A stretch of DNA of 64,000 nt from Candidatus Heimdallarchaeota archaeon (GTDB lineage Archaea > Asgardarchaeota > Wukongarchaeia > Wukongarchaeales > JBHIFL01), in contig JBHIFL010000008.1 of assembly GCA_046761065.1 (NCBI GenBank), positions 7,306 to 71,305 on the forward strand, given 5' to 3'. The position numbers and the translations under genes were made by a program. Below the pieces are notes generated by a model that saw only the letters and a program-made list of their open reading frames with translations, had not been told where the DNA came from and made no database searches. Position 1 is the stretch's first letter; the number at the start of each line of letters is the position of its first letter. Shown piece by piece: positions 48,352 through 56,790 of this stretch.

Positions 48352-48717
48352 TTATGCTTTTTGTGCTAGGATTGTGAAACTGCAAGAAGAGACATTGAAC
48401 TTCTTTCTGTACCTCTCTATAAGCTCTTTTGCTTGAGGTTCCTTTTCCATAGCTTCAAGAAACTTCTCAAAGGCTTCCAAATCATTGAAAACTAACTGTT
48501 CTATGTATCTATTTCTTTTCGGAGTAACTTGGAAAGAAAAGTATTGTTTCTTAACATCTAGGGGTATGAAGAGTTCATAGCGCTTACAGCCATGCGATTC
48601 ATAACATGGTTTCATTTTCTCTTCAACAAACTCAAGGAAGCTTTCCATCTTTTCCGGAGGCACATTACAAGACCATTGAACTAGGATCAAATTATTAACC
48701 TCGTTTACATCGATCAT
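48352..48717 (-). CDS. hypothetical protein (possibly ferredoxin-like alpha+beta fold)
   Basis: 121-aa ORF with no overlapping competitor. No diagnostic motif. Confidence 0.45.
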   Translation of the reverse strand: MIDVNEVNNLILVQWSCNVPPEKMESFLEFVEEKMKPCYESHGCKRYELFIPLDVKKQYFSFQVTPKRNRYIEQLVFNDLEAFEKFLEAMEKEPQAKELIERYRKKFNVSSCSFTILAQKA

Positions 48718-48902
48718 CTGTCTGTTGATAATAAAATGAATACACCATATTGCGTTTAATAATCAATTGAAAAATTCTGATCTTTTTTTTGAATATAAAC
48801 TTTTATGCGCTTTATTTGAAAGACTGCGCGTAAGTTATGGAAGCCTCTTTCCACAAGTTTTTCTTACATTTATGTGGATAATAGGAATTCTGTCAGCAAT
48901 AA

Positions 48903-49202
48903 TTGGTGATTTTCTTGCCAAAGATCACAGTCAAAGCCCTCGGGTCCTTTATTGATTACTTTGGATTTAAAAGAAAAGAAATCGAATTGACTGGAAACAC
49001 TATTGCACAGCTCCTAAATGAGCTTTCCAAACAAATCCCGGAATTCTCTCAACATATTTTTGAAGACAAACAAAATAAAAAAGTGAAAGGCTTTGTAAAG
49101 ATTTTAATTAATGGGCGAGGAATCGAACATCTTGGTAATCTTCAAGCTACACTGAATAAGGGGGATATCGTCGCTATTTCTCCGCCCATTGGCGGAGGAT
49201 GA
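48903..49202 (+). CDS. MoaD/ThiS-family ubiquitin-like small protein
   Basis: ITVKALGSFIDYFG..., ILINGRG and a C-terminus SPPIGGG ending in Gly-Gly, immediately upstream of an AOR operon. Confidence 0.65.
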   Translation: MVIFLPKITVKALGSFIDYFGFKRKEIELTGNTIAQLLNELSKQIPEFSQHIFEDKQNKKVKGFVKILINGRGIEHLGNLQATLNKGDIVAISPPIGGG

Positions 49203-49280
49203 GAAGAAAAGAACTACATGCCCCTTCTCAAGAATGTTTAGTTATAAATACGAGATCTGACTTGAAGTGGAGGTTCCAGC

Positions 49281-49766
49281 ATGAGTACAAGACGACTGAT
49301 CGTCGATTTTAACAAATGCACTGGGTGTCGAATCTGCATGATTGAATGCGCCATTGAGAAAACTGGACGAATACAACTATCAAAAGCTCGGCTTTTTGTT
49401 GTGAAGCATGATAAGGATTCTCTTGACATTCCAATTGTTTGTCATCAATGTGAGATCTGCTCCGAAGTCTGTCCAGAGGAAGCCATTCAATCCACCGAAT
49501 TTGGAGCGAAGGTTGTAATATCTGAGGACTGTATTGCATGTGGTGTATGTGAGGATGTTTGTCCATTTGGCACAATATGGGTCGATAAAGATTTAGATGT
49601 TGCGGTGAAATGTGATTTGTGCGGAGGGGAGCCACACTGCGTTCAAACTTGTCCTTATGATGCGCTCTCTCTAAAGACATCCGATAAAGCAATTCTCGAT
49701 AAACGAATTAATGAAAGCGAGCGAATCGCAAAACGCCTCCGCGAATCAATTCCCTATACTCACTAA
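49281..49766 (+). CDS. 4Fe-4S dicluster electron-transfer subunit (AOR-associated)
   Basis: Multiple CxxCxxCxxxC(P) motifs: CTGCRICMIEC, CHQCEICSEVCP, CIACGVCEDVCP and CDLCGGEPHCVQTCP. Confidence 0.85.
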   Translation: MSTRRLIVDFNKCTGCRICMIECAIEKTGRIQLSKARLFVVKHDKDSLDIPIVCHQCEICSEVCPEEAIQSTEFGAKVVISEDCIACGVCEDVCPFGTIWVDKDLDVAVKCDLCGGEPHCVQTCPYDALSLKTSDKAILDKRINESERIAKRLRESIPYTH

Positions 49767-49818
49767 ATCAGGTTACTATGTTTCACTAATTGCTTAATTA
49801 AGTTGTGAGGAATCATTG

Positions 49819-51705
49819 ATGAAAGGATATGTTAGTAAGAAGCTCTTAAGGATTGATTTGACTACAAAAACCATTAAAGAAGAGCGATTATCCAACGAAA
49901 TTTTAAAAGACTATATCGGAGGCTCAGGACTTGGTGCTAAACTCTTATTCGATGAGGTTCCTCCTGGGACCAATCCATTAGGTTCAGGTAATAAACTCTT
50001 CCTTTTAACAGGACCTGTTACTGGTACAGGGTGGCCGACTTCTGGACGATCTTGCTTTGTCACAAAAGCGCCGCTAACGGAAATTTGGGGCGAAAGTCAT
50101 GTGGGGGGGTTCTTAGGACCCGAATTGAAATATGCTGGGTTCGATGCGGTCGCAATTGAAGGGGCTTCAGAAAAACCGGTCTTCATTTATATTCATGATG
50201 GATCTGCTGACATCCACGATGCTTCACATTTGTGGGGGAGTGATACCCATGAAACCTCTACCACACTACTGAAGGATACCCATCAAGATGCTCAACTCGC
50301 AGTTATTGGCCCGGCTGGCGAGAAACTCGTTCGCTTTGCTGCGATCATTGTCAACTATGCGCGAGCCGCGGGACGAACAGGAATGGGAGCGGTTATGGGC
50401 TCAAAGAAATTGAAAGCGATCGTAGTGAAGGGAACAGGGCCCATTGAAGTTGCAGATATGAAAAATTTCCGTAAATTGATGCATACAGCTCACCAGCGGG
50501 TGATAACGCATCCCCAAGCCATGGATCTACGGACTTATGGAACGCCTCTCCTTGTTGCGTATAAATCTGAGATCGGGGAACTTGTTACCAAAAATCATCA
50601 GACAGGCATCTTTCCGGAAGCAGAGAAGCTCATGGCTGATACACTGCGGGATAACTATTGGAAGAGAACTAGAGCCTGTGCATATTGCAGTGTAGGCTGC
50701 AAAAAAGAGTACGAAGTCAAAGGCGGCCAATTTCCCTGTCGTGCTGAAGGTCCAGAGTATGAAGCGATTTATTCATTTGGCACAAATTGTTGGAACAGTG
50801 ATTTTGGCTCCATTCTTCAAGCAAACCTCTTAAGTAATAAATACGGTTTGGACTCCATTTCGACGGGATGTGTCATTGCATTTGCAATGGAGTTATGGGA
50901 GCGTAGACTCATTACTAAGGAAGATACAGAGGGATTGGAACTTACTTGGGGAAATGCAAAGGCAATTGTTACTCTCGTGAATAAAATTGCTAAGCGCGAA
51001 GGCTTTGGGGATTTTTTGGCTGAGGGATCTTGGCGGGTCGCAAACGAGATAGGGCGAGGGGCCGATCAGAGCACCGTAACCGTAAAAAAAATGGAGATTT
51101 CCGGTCAAGATGGACGTACTCATCGGTCAATGGCATTAGGACATGCGACAGCTGCCCGAGGTGGAGACCATTTACGAAGTTTAATTACAATCGATCAATT
51201 GGGTTATCAAGACATAGCTGCCGCCCGGTTTGGGGCAAGTAAACTCCCTGAGATTTGTGATCCCTATTCGGAAACCCATAAAGCCCTTGCAACAAAGATC
51301 ACGGAGGATATTTATGCGTTGCGCGACACGCTGCTCGTATGCTGGTATACCTGCTCCTGGCCCCCTATTTTCTGGTTAGATGATTTTGGATCTGCTCTTG
51401 TGTCAGTTACGGGAGAATCAGCTTTTGGGAGTAAAGAAAATCTAGTACGTATTGCTGAACGGATTGTGACCCTCAAACGAGCATTCAACGTTCGAGAAGG
51501 AGCAAATCGCACTGATGATCAACTTCCCGATCGATTCTTTTCTCCGATGCCAGAAGGTCCAGGTAAAGGGCAAGTTGTCAACCTTGACGTCATGTTAGAT
51601 GAATACTATACGCTTAGAGGGTGGGACGAGAATGGAATCCCTACTCAAGATATCTTATCACGGCTCGACCTAAAAAATGTAGTTAAATTCTTGGAGAGAG
51701 ATTGA
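49819..51705 (+). CDS. aldehyde:ferredoxin oxidoreductase family (tungstopterin) enzyme, copy 1
   Basis: GGSGLGAKLL, GRSCFVTKAPLT..WGESHVGG, RFAAI, CAYCSVGC cluster motif, GLDSISTG and ARGGDHLR. Start taken at ATG 49819. Confidence 0.9.
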   Translation: MKGYVSKKLLRIDLTTKTIKEERLSNEILKDYIGGSGLGAKLLFDEVPPGTNPLGSGNKLFLLTGPVTGTGWPTSGRSCFVTKAPLTEIWGESHVGGFLGPELKYAGFDAVAIEGASEKPVFIYIHDGSADIHDASHLWGSDTHETSTTLLKDTHQDAQLAVIGPAGEKLVRFAAIIVNYARAAGRTGMGAVMGSKKLKAIVVKGTGPIEVADMKNFRKLMHTAHQRVITHPQAMDLRTYGTPLLVAYKSEIGELVTKNHQTGIFPEAEKLMADTLRDNYWKRTRACAYCSVGCKKEYEVKGGQFPCRAEGPEYEAIYSFGTNCWNSDFGSILQANLLSNKYGLDSISTGCVIAFAMELWERRLITKEDTEGLELTWGNAKAIVTLVNKIAKREGFGDFLAEGSWRVANEIGRGADQSTVTVKKMEISGQDGRTHRSMALGHATAARGGDHLRSLITIDQLGYQDIAAARFGASKLPEICDPYSETHKALATKITEDIYALRDTLLVCWYTCSWPPIFWLDDFGSALVSVTGESAFGSKENLVRIAERIVTLKRAFNVREGANRTDDQLPDRFFSPMPEGPGKGQVVNLDVMLDEYYTLRGWDENGIPTQDILSRLDLKNVVKFLERD

Positions 51706-51933
51706 GATAAATGATTATTTATGGAAATCCTTATTGTGAACAGAATACTGTATATGTGAAGGAGAAATGCCTTCTCACGAATTCAATTCCGATTTTCCGG
51801 GTTTTTTCTTACTATCAAATTTTAGAAACGCCTTCTAAGTTATATTCTAAGCACTATCATAAACCACATGAAAATAACCGAAGGATATACCTTATTGAGA
51901 CTTGAATGGTCCAACTTTAGAGATGTCCATGAT

Positions 51934-52329
51934 ATGAGTTCCAATAAGAGGATCTTAAAAACGACATGTAAAAGTTGTCATGGTGGTTGCGGAGTACTCG
52001 TTACCGTAGAAAATGGTAGGATAACTCTTATTGAAGGAGATCCAGACTCACCTACCGAGGGAACAATGTGCTCTAAAGGTCTTGCAAGCACCCAGGATGT
52101 TTATAATCCGAATCGAATTTAATATCCATTGAAAAGGGAGGGAAAATATGGAGAAGGGAAATGAGAAAGGATCAGTTGAGAAGAAGCTTTAACCATCATT
52201 GCAAAAAAAAGAAGGAAGCCATCGAAAAGTATGGTCCTACCTCCATTGGTATCAGCCAAGGAACGGGGCGAGGGTACAATAGATATACATTCAGGTTTGC
52301 AAGATCCATTGGCACACCAAATATATTCC
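51934..52329 (+). pseudogene. remnant of a molybdopterin oxidoreductase (N-terminal 4Fe-4S domain only), with nonsense codons and a frameshift
   Basis: MSSNKRILKTTCKSCHGGCGVLV (CxxCxxxC). In-frame TAA at 52120-52122. TGAs at 52162-52164 and 52177-52179 fall where the family has Trp (GK*ERIS*EEAL versus GkW..iSWdEAl). Frame switch in an A-run near 52205. The remnant ends after about 130 codons. Confidence 0.6.
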
Positions 52330-53207
52330 TCCCAAACGCCGTACCTACCTATAACTCCAGAATAGATAGCCGAGGAGGGTTATAAAGCGTGGAAGGCTGG
52401 TGCCTCTGTTGTTCATGTCCATGCCTGAGATCTGAAGATGGGTAAGCTTACACCGGTTCTTAATGTTTTCCGTGAGATTCTCACTCAAATCAAGGAAAAA
52501 TGTGATGTGGTCATTTGTGTTACTACAGGTGGGGCTTTGGGTATGGCGAAGGAGGATCGGGTGGCGGTTGTTCCTACATTCAAGCCCGAAATGGCCTCCT
52601 TTAATATGGGTTCATAAATTTCAGTATTCACCCGGTTCTGGAGAGAATTAAGGAATGGAAATACGACTGGGAGCAGGAGTATGCCGCTTCAACCAAAGAT
52701 ATTGTGTTCCGTAATACATTTGAAGACTTAGAATATTTTTTGGAAACAATGAAGGAGAACGACTCTAAGCCTGAACTTGAAATTTATGATGGCGGTCACC
52801 TTTACAACGCCGCTTTCCTTGTTCGAAAAGGGATCTTGAAACCTCCTATTCATATGCAATTTGTAACTGGCGTTCTAGGCGGAATAGGTAATAGAATCGA
52901 CGACTTGTACTACCTTAAAAATACCGCAGATCGTTTGATAGGCGCCAGTAACTACTCTTGGTCAGTAATAGGGGTTGGCTATCCAGCTCAATTTCACCTC
53001 GGTGCTATGTCGATCATGATGGGCGGCCATGCACGAGTTGGCTTGGAGGACAACATTTACATTGAAAGAAGGGTTCTCGCAAAAAGTAACACTGAAATAG
53101 TCGCTAAAATCGCTCAGATTGCAAAACTGCTTGGTCGTGAAGTAGCCACACCCAACGAGACTAGGCGAATCCTCGGATTGAAAGGAATAGATAAGGTTAA
53201 TTTCTAA
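52330..53207 (+). pseudogene. 5'-truncated beta-keto acid cleavage enzyme (BKACE/Kce-like, DUF849) with TAG, TGA and a -1 frameshift
   Basis: TPYLPITPE*IAEEGYKAWKAGASVVHVHA*D with TAG at 52363-52365 and TGA at 52426-52428. PEMASFNMGS is followed by a shift near 52611. The intact C-terminal part is track ORF 52704..53207 (GGHARVGLEDNIY). Confidence 0.65.
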
Positions 53208-53501
53208 CATTATCCTTTTCCAGAATATGATCTTCTAGTATAGTATTCTAGCAACTATCAGCATGATCTGCCATTTGTATAATCAAAATATCGTGTTTCA
53301 GACAAACATTTTAAGAATTCTTGTTAGATCAGTTATCTTGGTTATACATAGTTTCTGCAGCGAAAAGAGCCTTCTTATTACTTTTTACCAAAGCAGCCCA
53401 TAAATTTATTTTAGAAAGGAGAACCAATTTTGAATGGTTTAAACGAAGAGTAGAAATATGGCTTCTAAAATCCTTCTAAAAGCTTCATATTAAATAAGGT
53501 A

Positions 53502-53993
53502 TTGAGAAAGATGTTTATCTGCGGAAACTCTTATATATGCACTGGATGCCGCGTTTGTGAAGCAATGTGTTCGTTTAAACACTTTTCTGTCATCAATCCC
53601 TCACTTGCACGTATTCAAATCAAAAGAGATGATTTAGGCGCGGACATGATATTCACCTGTCGTCAATGCAATGAACCTGCTTGTATGGAAGAGTGTCCTG
53701 AAGGAGCACTATATTTGGAAGACGGTTATGTTAAATTCGACCGTGAGTTGTGTGCTGGCTGCTTTGTATGTGTGGAGGCGTGTCCCTACGGTGGGATTTG
53801 GACTCACCCAGATCTTGGTTATCCTTTGAAGTGTGATTTATGTGATGGTTCACCCCTGTGTGTAGATACATGTCCTGCTGATGTATTGAAACTTGTTGAA
53901 ACAGAAGAAGAAGCGGAAAAGATCTGGAACCAACCTATTTCAGGGCAAGCTCTTGTTAAGGCGTATCAAAAGGGAGGTGAGGGATCAAGATGA
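53502..53993 (+). CDS. 4Fe-4S dicluster electron-transfer subunit (AOR-associated), copy 2
   Basis: CTGCRVCEAMC, CRQCNEPACMEECP, CAGCFVCVEACP and CDLCDGSPLCVDTCP. 4-nt overlap with the downstream AOR gene. Confidence 0.85.
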   Translation: MRKMFICGNSYICTGCRVCEAMCSFKHFSVINPSLARIQIKRDDLGADMIFTCRQCNEPACMEECPEGALYLEDGYVKFDRELCAGCFVCVEACPYGGIWTHPDLGYPLKCDLCDGSPLCVDTCPADVLKLVETEEEAEKIWNQPISGQALVKAYQKGGEGSR

Positions 53994-55894
53994 GTGAAGG
54001 GTTTCCTTACAAAGGTTATGCCGGGAAACTATTATATCTGGATCTATCACATCACAAAATTTTCTCAACACAATATCCACGAGATTTAGCTGAAAACTAT
54101 CTAGGTGGCGCAGGACTAGCCTCCCGAATCTTGTATGATATGATCCAACCGGGAATTGATCCCTTAAGCCCTACCAATGTGGTAATAGTCGCTACGGGAC
54201 CTCTAACTGGCACGTTGTTTCCTCAGGCTTCACGCTACATCGTGGCAGCAAAGAGCCCCCTTACTGGGATTTGGGGCGAAAGCCATGCCGCTGGGCATTT
54301 TGGGCCAGAACTAAAATTTGCTGGCTATGATGGAGTTGTTATTACTGGTCGGAGTGAAAATCCTGTCTACTTGTTTATCGAAAATGGGAAAACCGAGCTT
54401 TTAGATGCGCGCGAGCTATGGGGGAGTACGACAAGTGAAACAGAGGATAAAATCCGAGAACTCCATGGTTCAAATAACCGAATCAAAATCGCTTCTATCG
54501 GCCCAGCGGGGGAAAAGTTAGTCCGATTTGCCGCAATTATTAATGACAAAGGCCGAGCTGCCGCCCGAAGTGGAATGGGCGCGGTTTGGGGGTCGAAAAA
54601 TTTCAAAGCAATTGCTTGTGTTGGGTATGGTGAGCTTAAGGTAGCAGACCCGGAGCGATATTTAGACGTCATCAGGGCATTTCAACAAAGGATGCTAGAT
54701 GACCCATTTATGCCCTCACGAGTAGAGTATGGCACTACATATCTAATAGAATTGATGCATGAGATTGGGCGCCTGCCATCATACAACCTGAAACAGGGTG
54801 TTTTTGACGAATTTGAAGCCATTGGGGGGGAAGCCATCAAACAACAATATCTGATAAAACCACGCGCGGATTTCGCCTGCCTTCAACGCTGTGAGCGCTA
54901 TACGTGCGTTCCGACCGGACCATACCGCTATATTGGAGCTTCACCTGAGTTCGAGAGCCAGAGTGCTTTGGGGTCAAGATGTGGTAATAGGAACCTTGAA
55001 TCAATACTGTATGCCCACTACCTCTGCAATTTATATGGACTAGATACAATAAGTACCGGAGCTGCAATCAGTTGGGCTATGGAATGTTGGGAAAAAGGCC
55101 TATTGACTGAAGAAGACACGAGGGGTATTAATTTGAATTGGGGGAGTCATGAAGTCATTATTCAATTGATTCATCAAATTGCCGCTCGAAAAGGATTTGG
55201 AGACCTCTTGGCAGAGGGAAGCTATCGAGCTGCTCAACAACTTGGGAAGGGACAAGAATTCGTCATGCACGTCAAGAAACAGGAAATAGCCGCCCAAGAA
55301 CCGCGTGCTCAGAAGAGTATGGGACTTGCTTCGGCCACTGCGGCAAGGGGAGCAGATCATTTGTATGCGTTCCCTGTGTTAGATGAGGTAGGATTTAGCG
55401 AAGCCATTAAGAAACGCTTTGGGTACGAATATCTGCCAGAGATTGGGGATCGGCTTGATCCTAAATATAAAGGATTAATGGTAGCTCGATGTGAAAACTT
55501 CATGGTTGTCGTTGAAAGTCTTGGCGTCTGTAAATACGGTACACAAATTCCTCCTCAGTTCTTCTATGATGATCTGGCTCTTGCCTTAGAAGTCACAACA
55601 GGTCACAAATTATCATCAGAGGCGTTGGAACGGATTGGGGAACGGATCGTCAATCTAAATCGGGCATTTAATATCCGTGAAGGTATTGGACGAAAAGATG
55701 ATACTTTACCAACTCGACTTACAAAAACTCCATCTCCATCAGGTCCAGCTAAAGGTCAAGTCGTCGAATTAGAGCAAATGCTTTCCGAATACTACAACAC
55801 ACGCGGCTGGGATCAAGAAACTGGGTGTCCAACCCGGGAAAAACTTGTATCCCTTGGTCTTTTATACATAGCAGACGATCTAGAGGAATCTTGA
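53990..55894 (+). CDS. aldehyde:ferredoxin oxidoreductase family enzyme, copy 2
   Basis: GGAGLASRIL, WGESHAAGHFG, RFAAI, GLDTISTG and ARGADHL. The Cys motif is spaced differently from copy 1 (CLQRCERYTC). Confidence 0.9.
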   Translation: MSEGFPYKGYAGKLLYLDLSHHKIFSTQYPRDLAENYLGGAGLASRILYDMIQPGIDPLSPTNVVIVATGPLTGTLFPQASRYIVAAKSPLTGIWGESHAAGHFGPELKFAGYDGVVITGRSENPVYLFIENGKTELLDARELWGSTTSETEDKIRELHGSNNRIKIASIGPAGEKLVRFAAIINDKGRAAARSGMGAVWGSKNFKAIACVGYGELKVADPERYLDVIRAFQQRMLDDPFMPSRVEYGTTYLIELMHEIGRLPSYNLKQGVFDEFEAIGGEAIKQQYLIKPRADFACLQRCERYTCVPTGPYRYIGASPEFESQSALGSRCGNRNLESILYAHYLCNLYGLDTISTGAAISWAMECWEKGLLTEEDTRGINLNWGSHEVIIQLIHQIAARKGFGDLLAEGSYRAAQQLGKGQEFVMHVKKQEIAAQEPRAQKSMGLASATAARGADHLYAFPVLDEVGFSEAIKKRFGYEYLPEIGDRLDPKYKGLMVARCENFMVVVESLGVCKYGTQIPPQFFYDDLALALEVTTGHKLSSEALERIGERIVNLNRAFNIREGIGRKDDTLPTRLTKTPSPSGPAKGQVVELEQMLSEYYNTRGWDQETGCPTREKLVSLGLLYIADDLEES

Positions 55895-56120
55895 GATATT
55901 TCTAAAAAAATATTGGAGTTAGATATCAAAATAAGCAACTTTTCAAAATACGATGGACATATGCTTGTATTCTGGCAGGCTAAACCCTTGTTTAATTAAA
56001 ATAATTCTATTCGTATTTTGTTTTTACTATCTTTCAAGTTTAGCTGCTCAGGCTGATTGGGTTAATATACTGATCAAAATTAATATGTATTATTTTTCAA
56101 TACAATACTTTGAGAATCCA

Positions 56121-56357
56121 ATGAAACCTATAAATATTCGAATCGATGATGAAACAAAAGCAAAAATGGAATCATATCCGGATATTAATTGGTCTGAAAT
56201 CATAAGACGAGCGATTAAAGAACGTCTAAAAATTTAAGAAACCCTTAGAAATAAAAAATTCAATCATTCACGAGCGTTACGTGCTGCGAAAGTAATGAAG
56301 CAGCGTAGAGCTAAGACATCTGGAAAATGGAATGGAGCCGAGGAAATTCGAAAATGA
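56121..56357 (+). pseudogene. vapB: RHH/VapB-like antitoxin with in-frame TAA at 56235-56237
   Basis: MKPINIRIDDETKAKMESYPDINWSEIIRRAIKERLKI*ETLRNKK...GKWNGAEEIRK. The same frame continues 39 codons past the TAA to a TGA that overlaps the VapC ATG (ATGA at 56354-56357). Confidence 0.5.
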
Positions 56358-56790
56358 AGAGCCTTAAGAAAGTAATTGATGCCTCAGTAGTTGTCAAGTG
56401 GTACAACAAAGAACAATATTCATTACAAGCAGATTTTCTAAAAAAGGGCATATCTCAGGGCGGTTGACACTAGTGGCTCCCCAATTATTTGTTTTCGATG
56501 TCTCAAATGCGTTGCGATATAATCCAGACTTCAGAGAAAAAGATGTAGTTGAAGCGGTAGGCAGCCTTCTCGGCTTACAGATAGACTTACGCTCACCCCA
56601 GAAAGTGTGGATGAAAAAATCCATTGAGATTGCTTTCAAAATGAAGATAACGCTCTATGATTCGGTTTATATAGGTTTAGCTGACGCTTTGGGTGTACCC
56701 GTAATAACTGCTGATAAAAGACTAATAAAGTTAGTAAAATACCCAAATCTAGTTCATATTAGCGATGTAGGGGGTCCAAGAGGAATATAA
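56354..56790 (+). pseudogene. vapC: PIN-domain toxin VapC, frameshifted in an A6G3 run
   Basis: ATG 56354 gives MKSLKKVIDASVVVKWYNKEQYSLQADFLKK. The rest (HISGRLTLVAPQLFVFDVSNAL..YDSVYIGLADALGVPVITADKRL) is in the frame of track ORF 56398..56790. The switch is at 56440-56448. Confidence 0.65.

Noticed and set aside
1173-55360. Numerous 60-140-aa track ORFs lying antisense to or nested within long conserved genes (e.g. 1173..1427, 3424..3678, 9815..10042, 16047..16340, 23936..24355, 26912..27277, 37063..37326, 46283..46570, 47449..47835, 49309..49692, 54367..54672).
   Set aside because: Each is fully overlapped by a gene with clear family motifs, has no motif of its own, and shows the biased composition expected of shadow ORFs.
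56355-56357. The TGA after ..EEIRK in the VapB-like frame as another Trp-position nonsense codon (family consensus IRKWR).
   Set aside because: It forms the typical ATGA stop/start overlap with the VapC ATG at 56354, so it is most simply the genuine antitoxin stop.
363-56790. Stop-codon reassignment (TGA as Trp, or TAA as sense) as an explanation for the many in-frame stops; two TGAs do fall on conserved Trp positions.
   Set aside because: Long conserved genes (707-aa thioredoxin-domain protein, two AORs of about 630 aa, gcvPA/PB, pgi) contain no internal TGA, TAA or TAG. TAA, TGA and TAG all terminate well-aligned genes here. All three stop types occur inside the same decayed loci, together with frameshifts. 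TGG to TGA is simply the commonest nonsense route for Trp.
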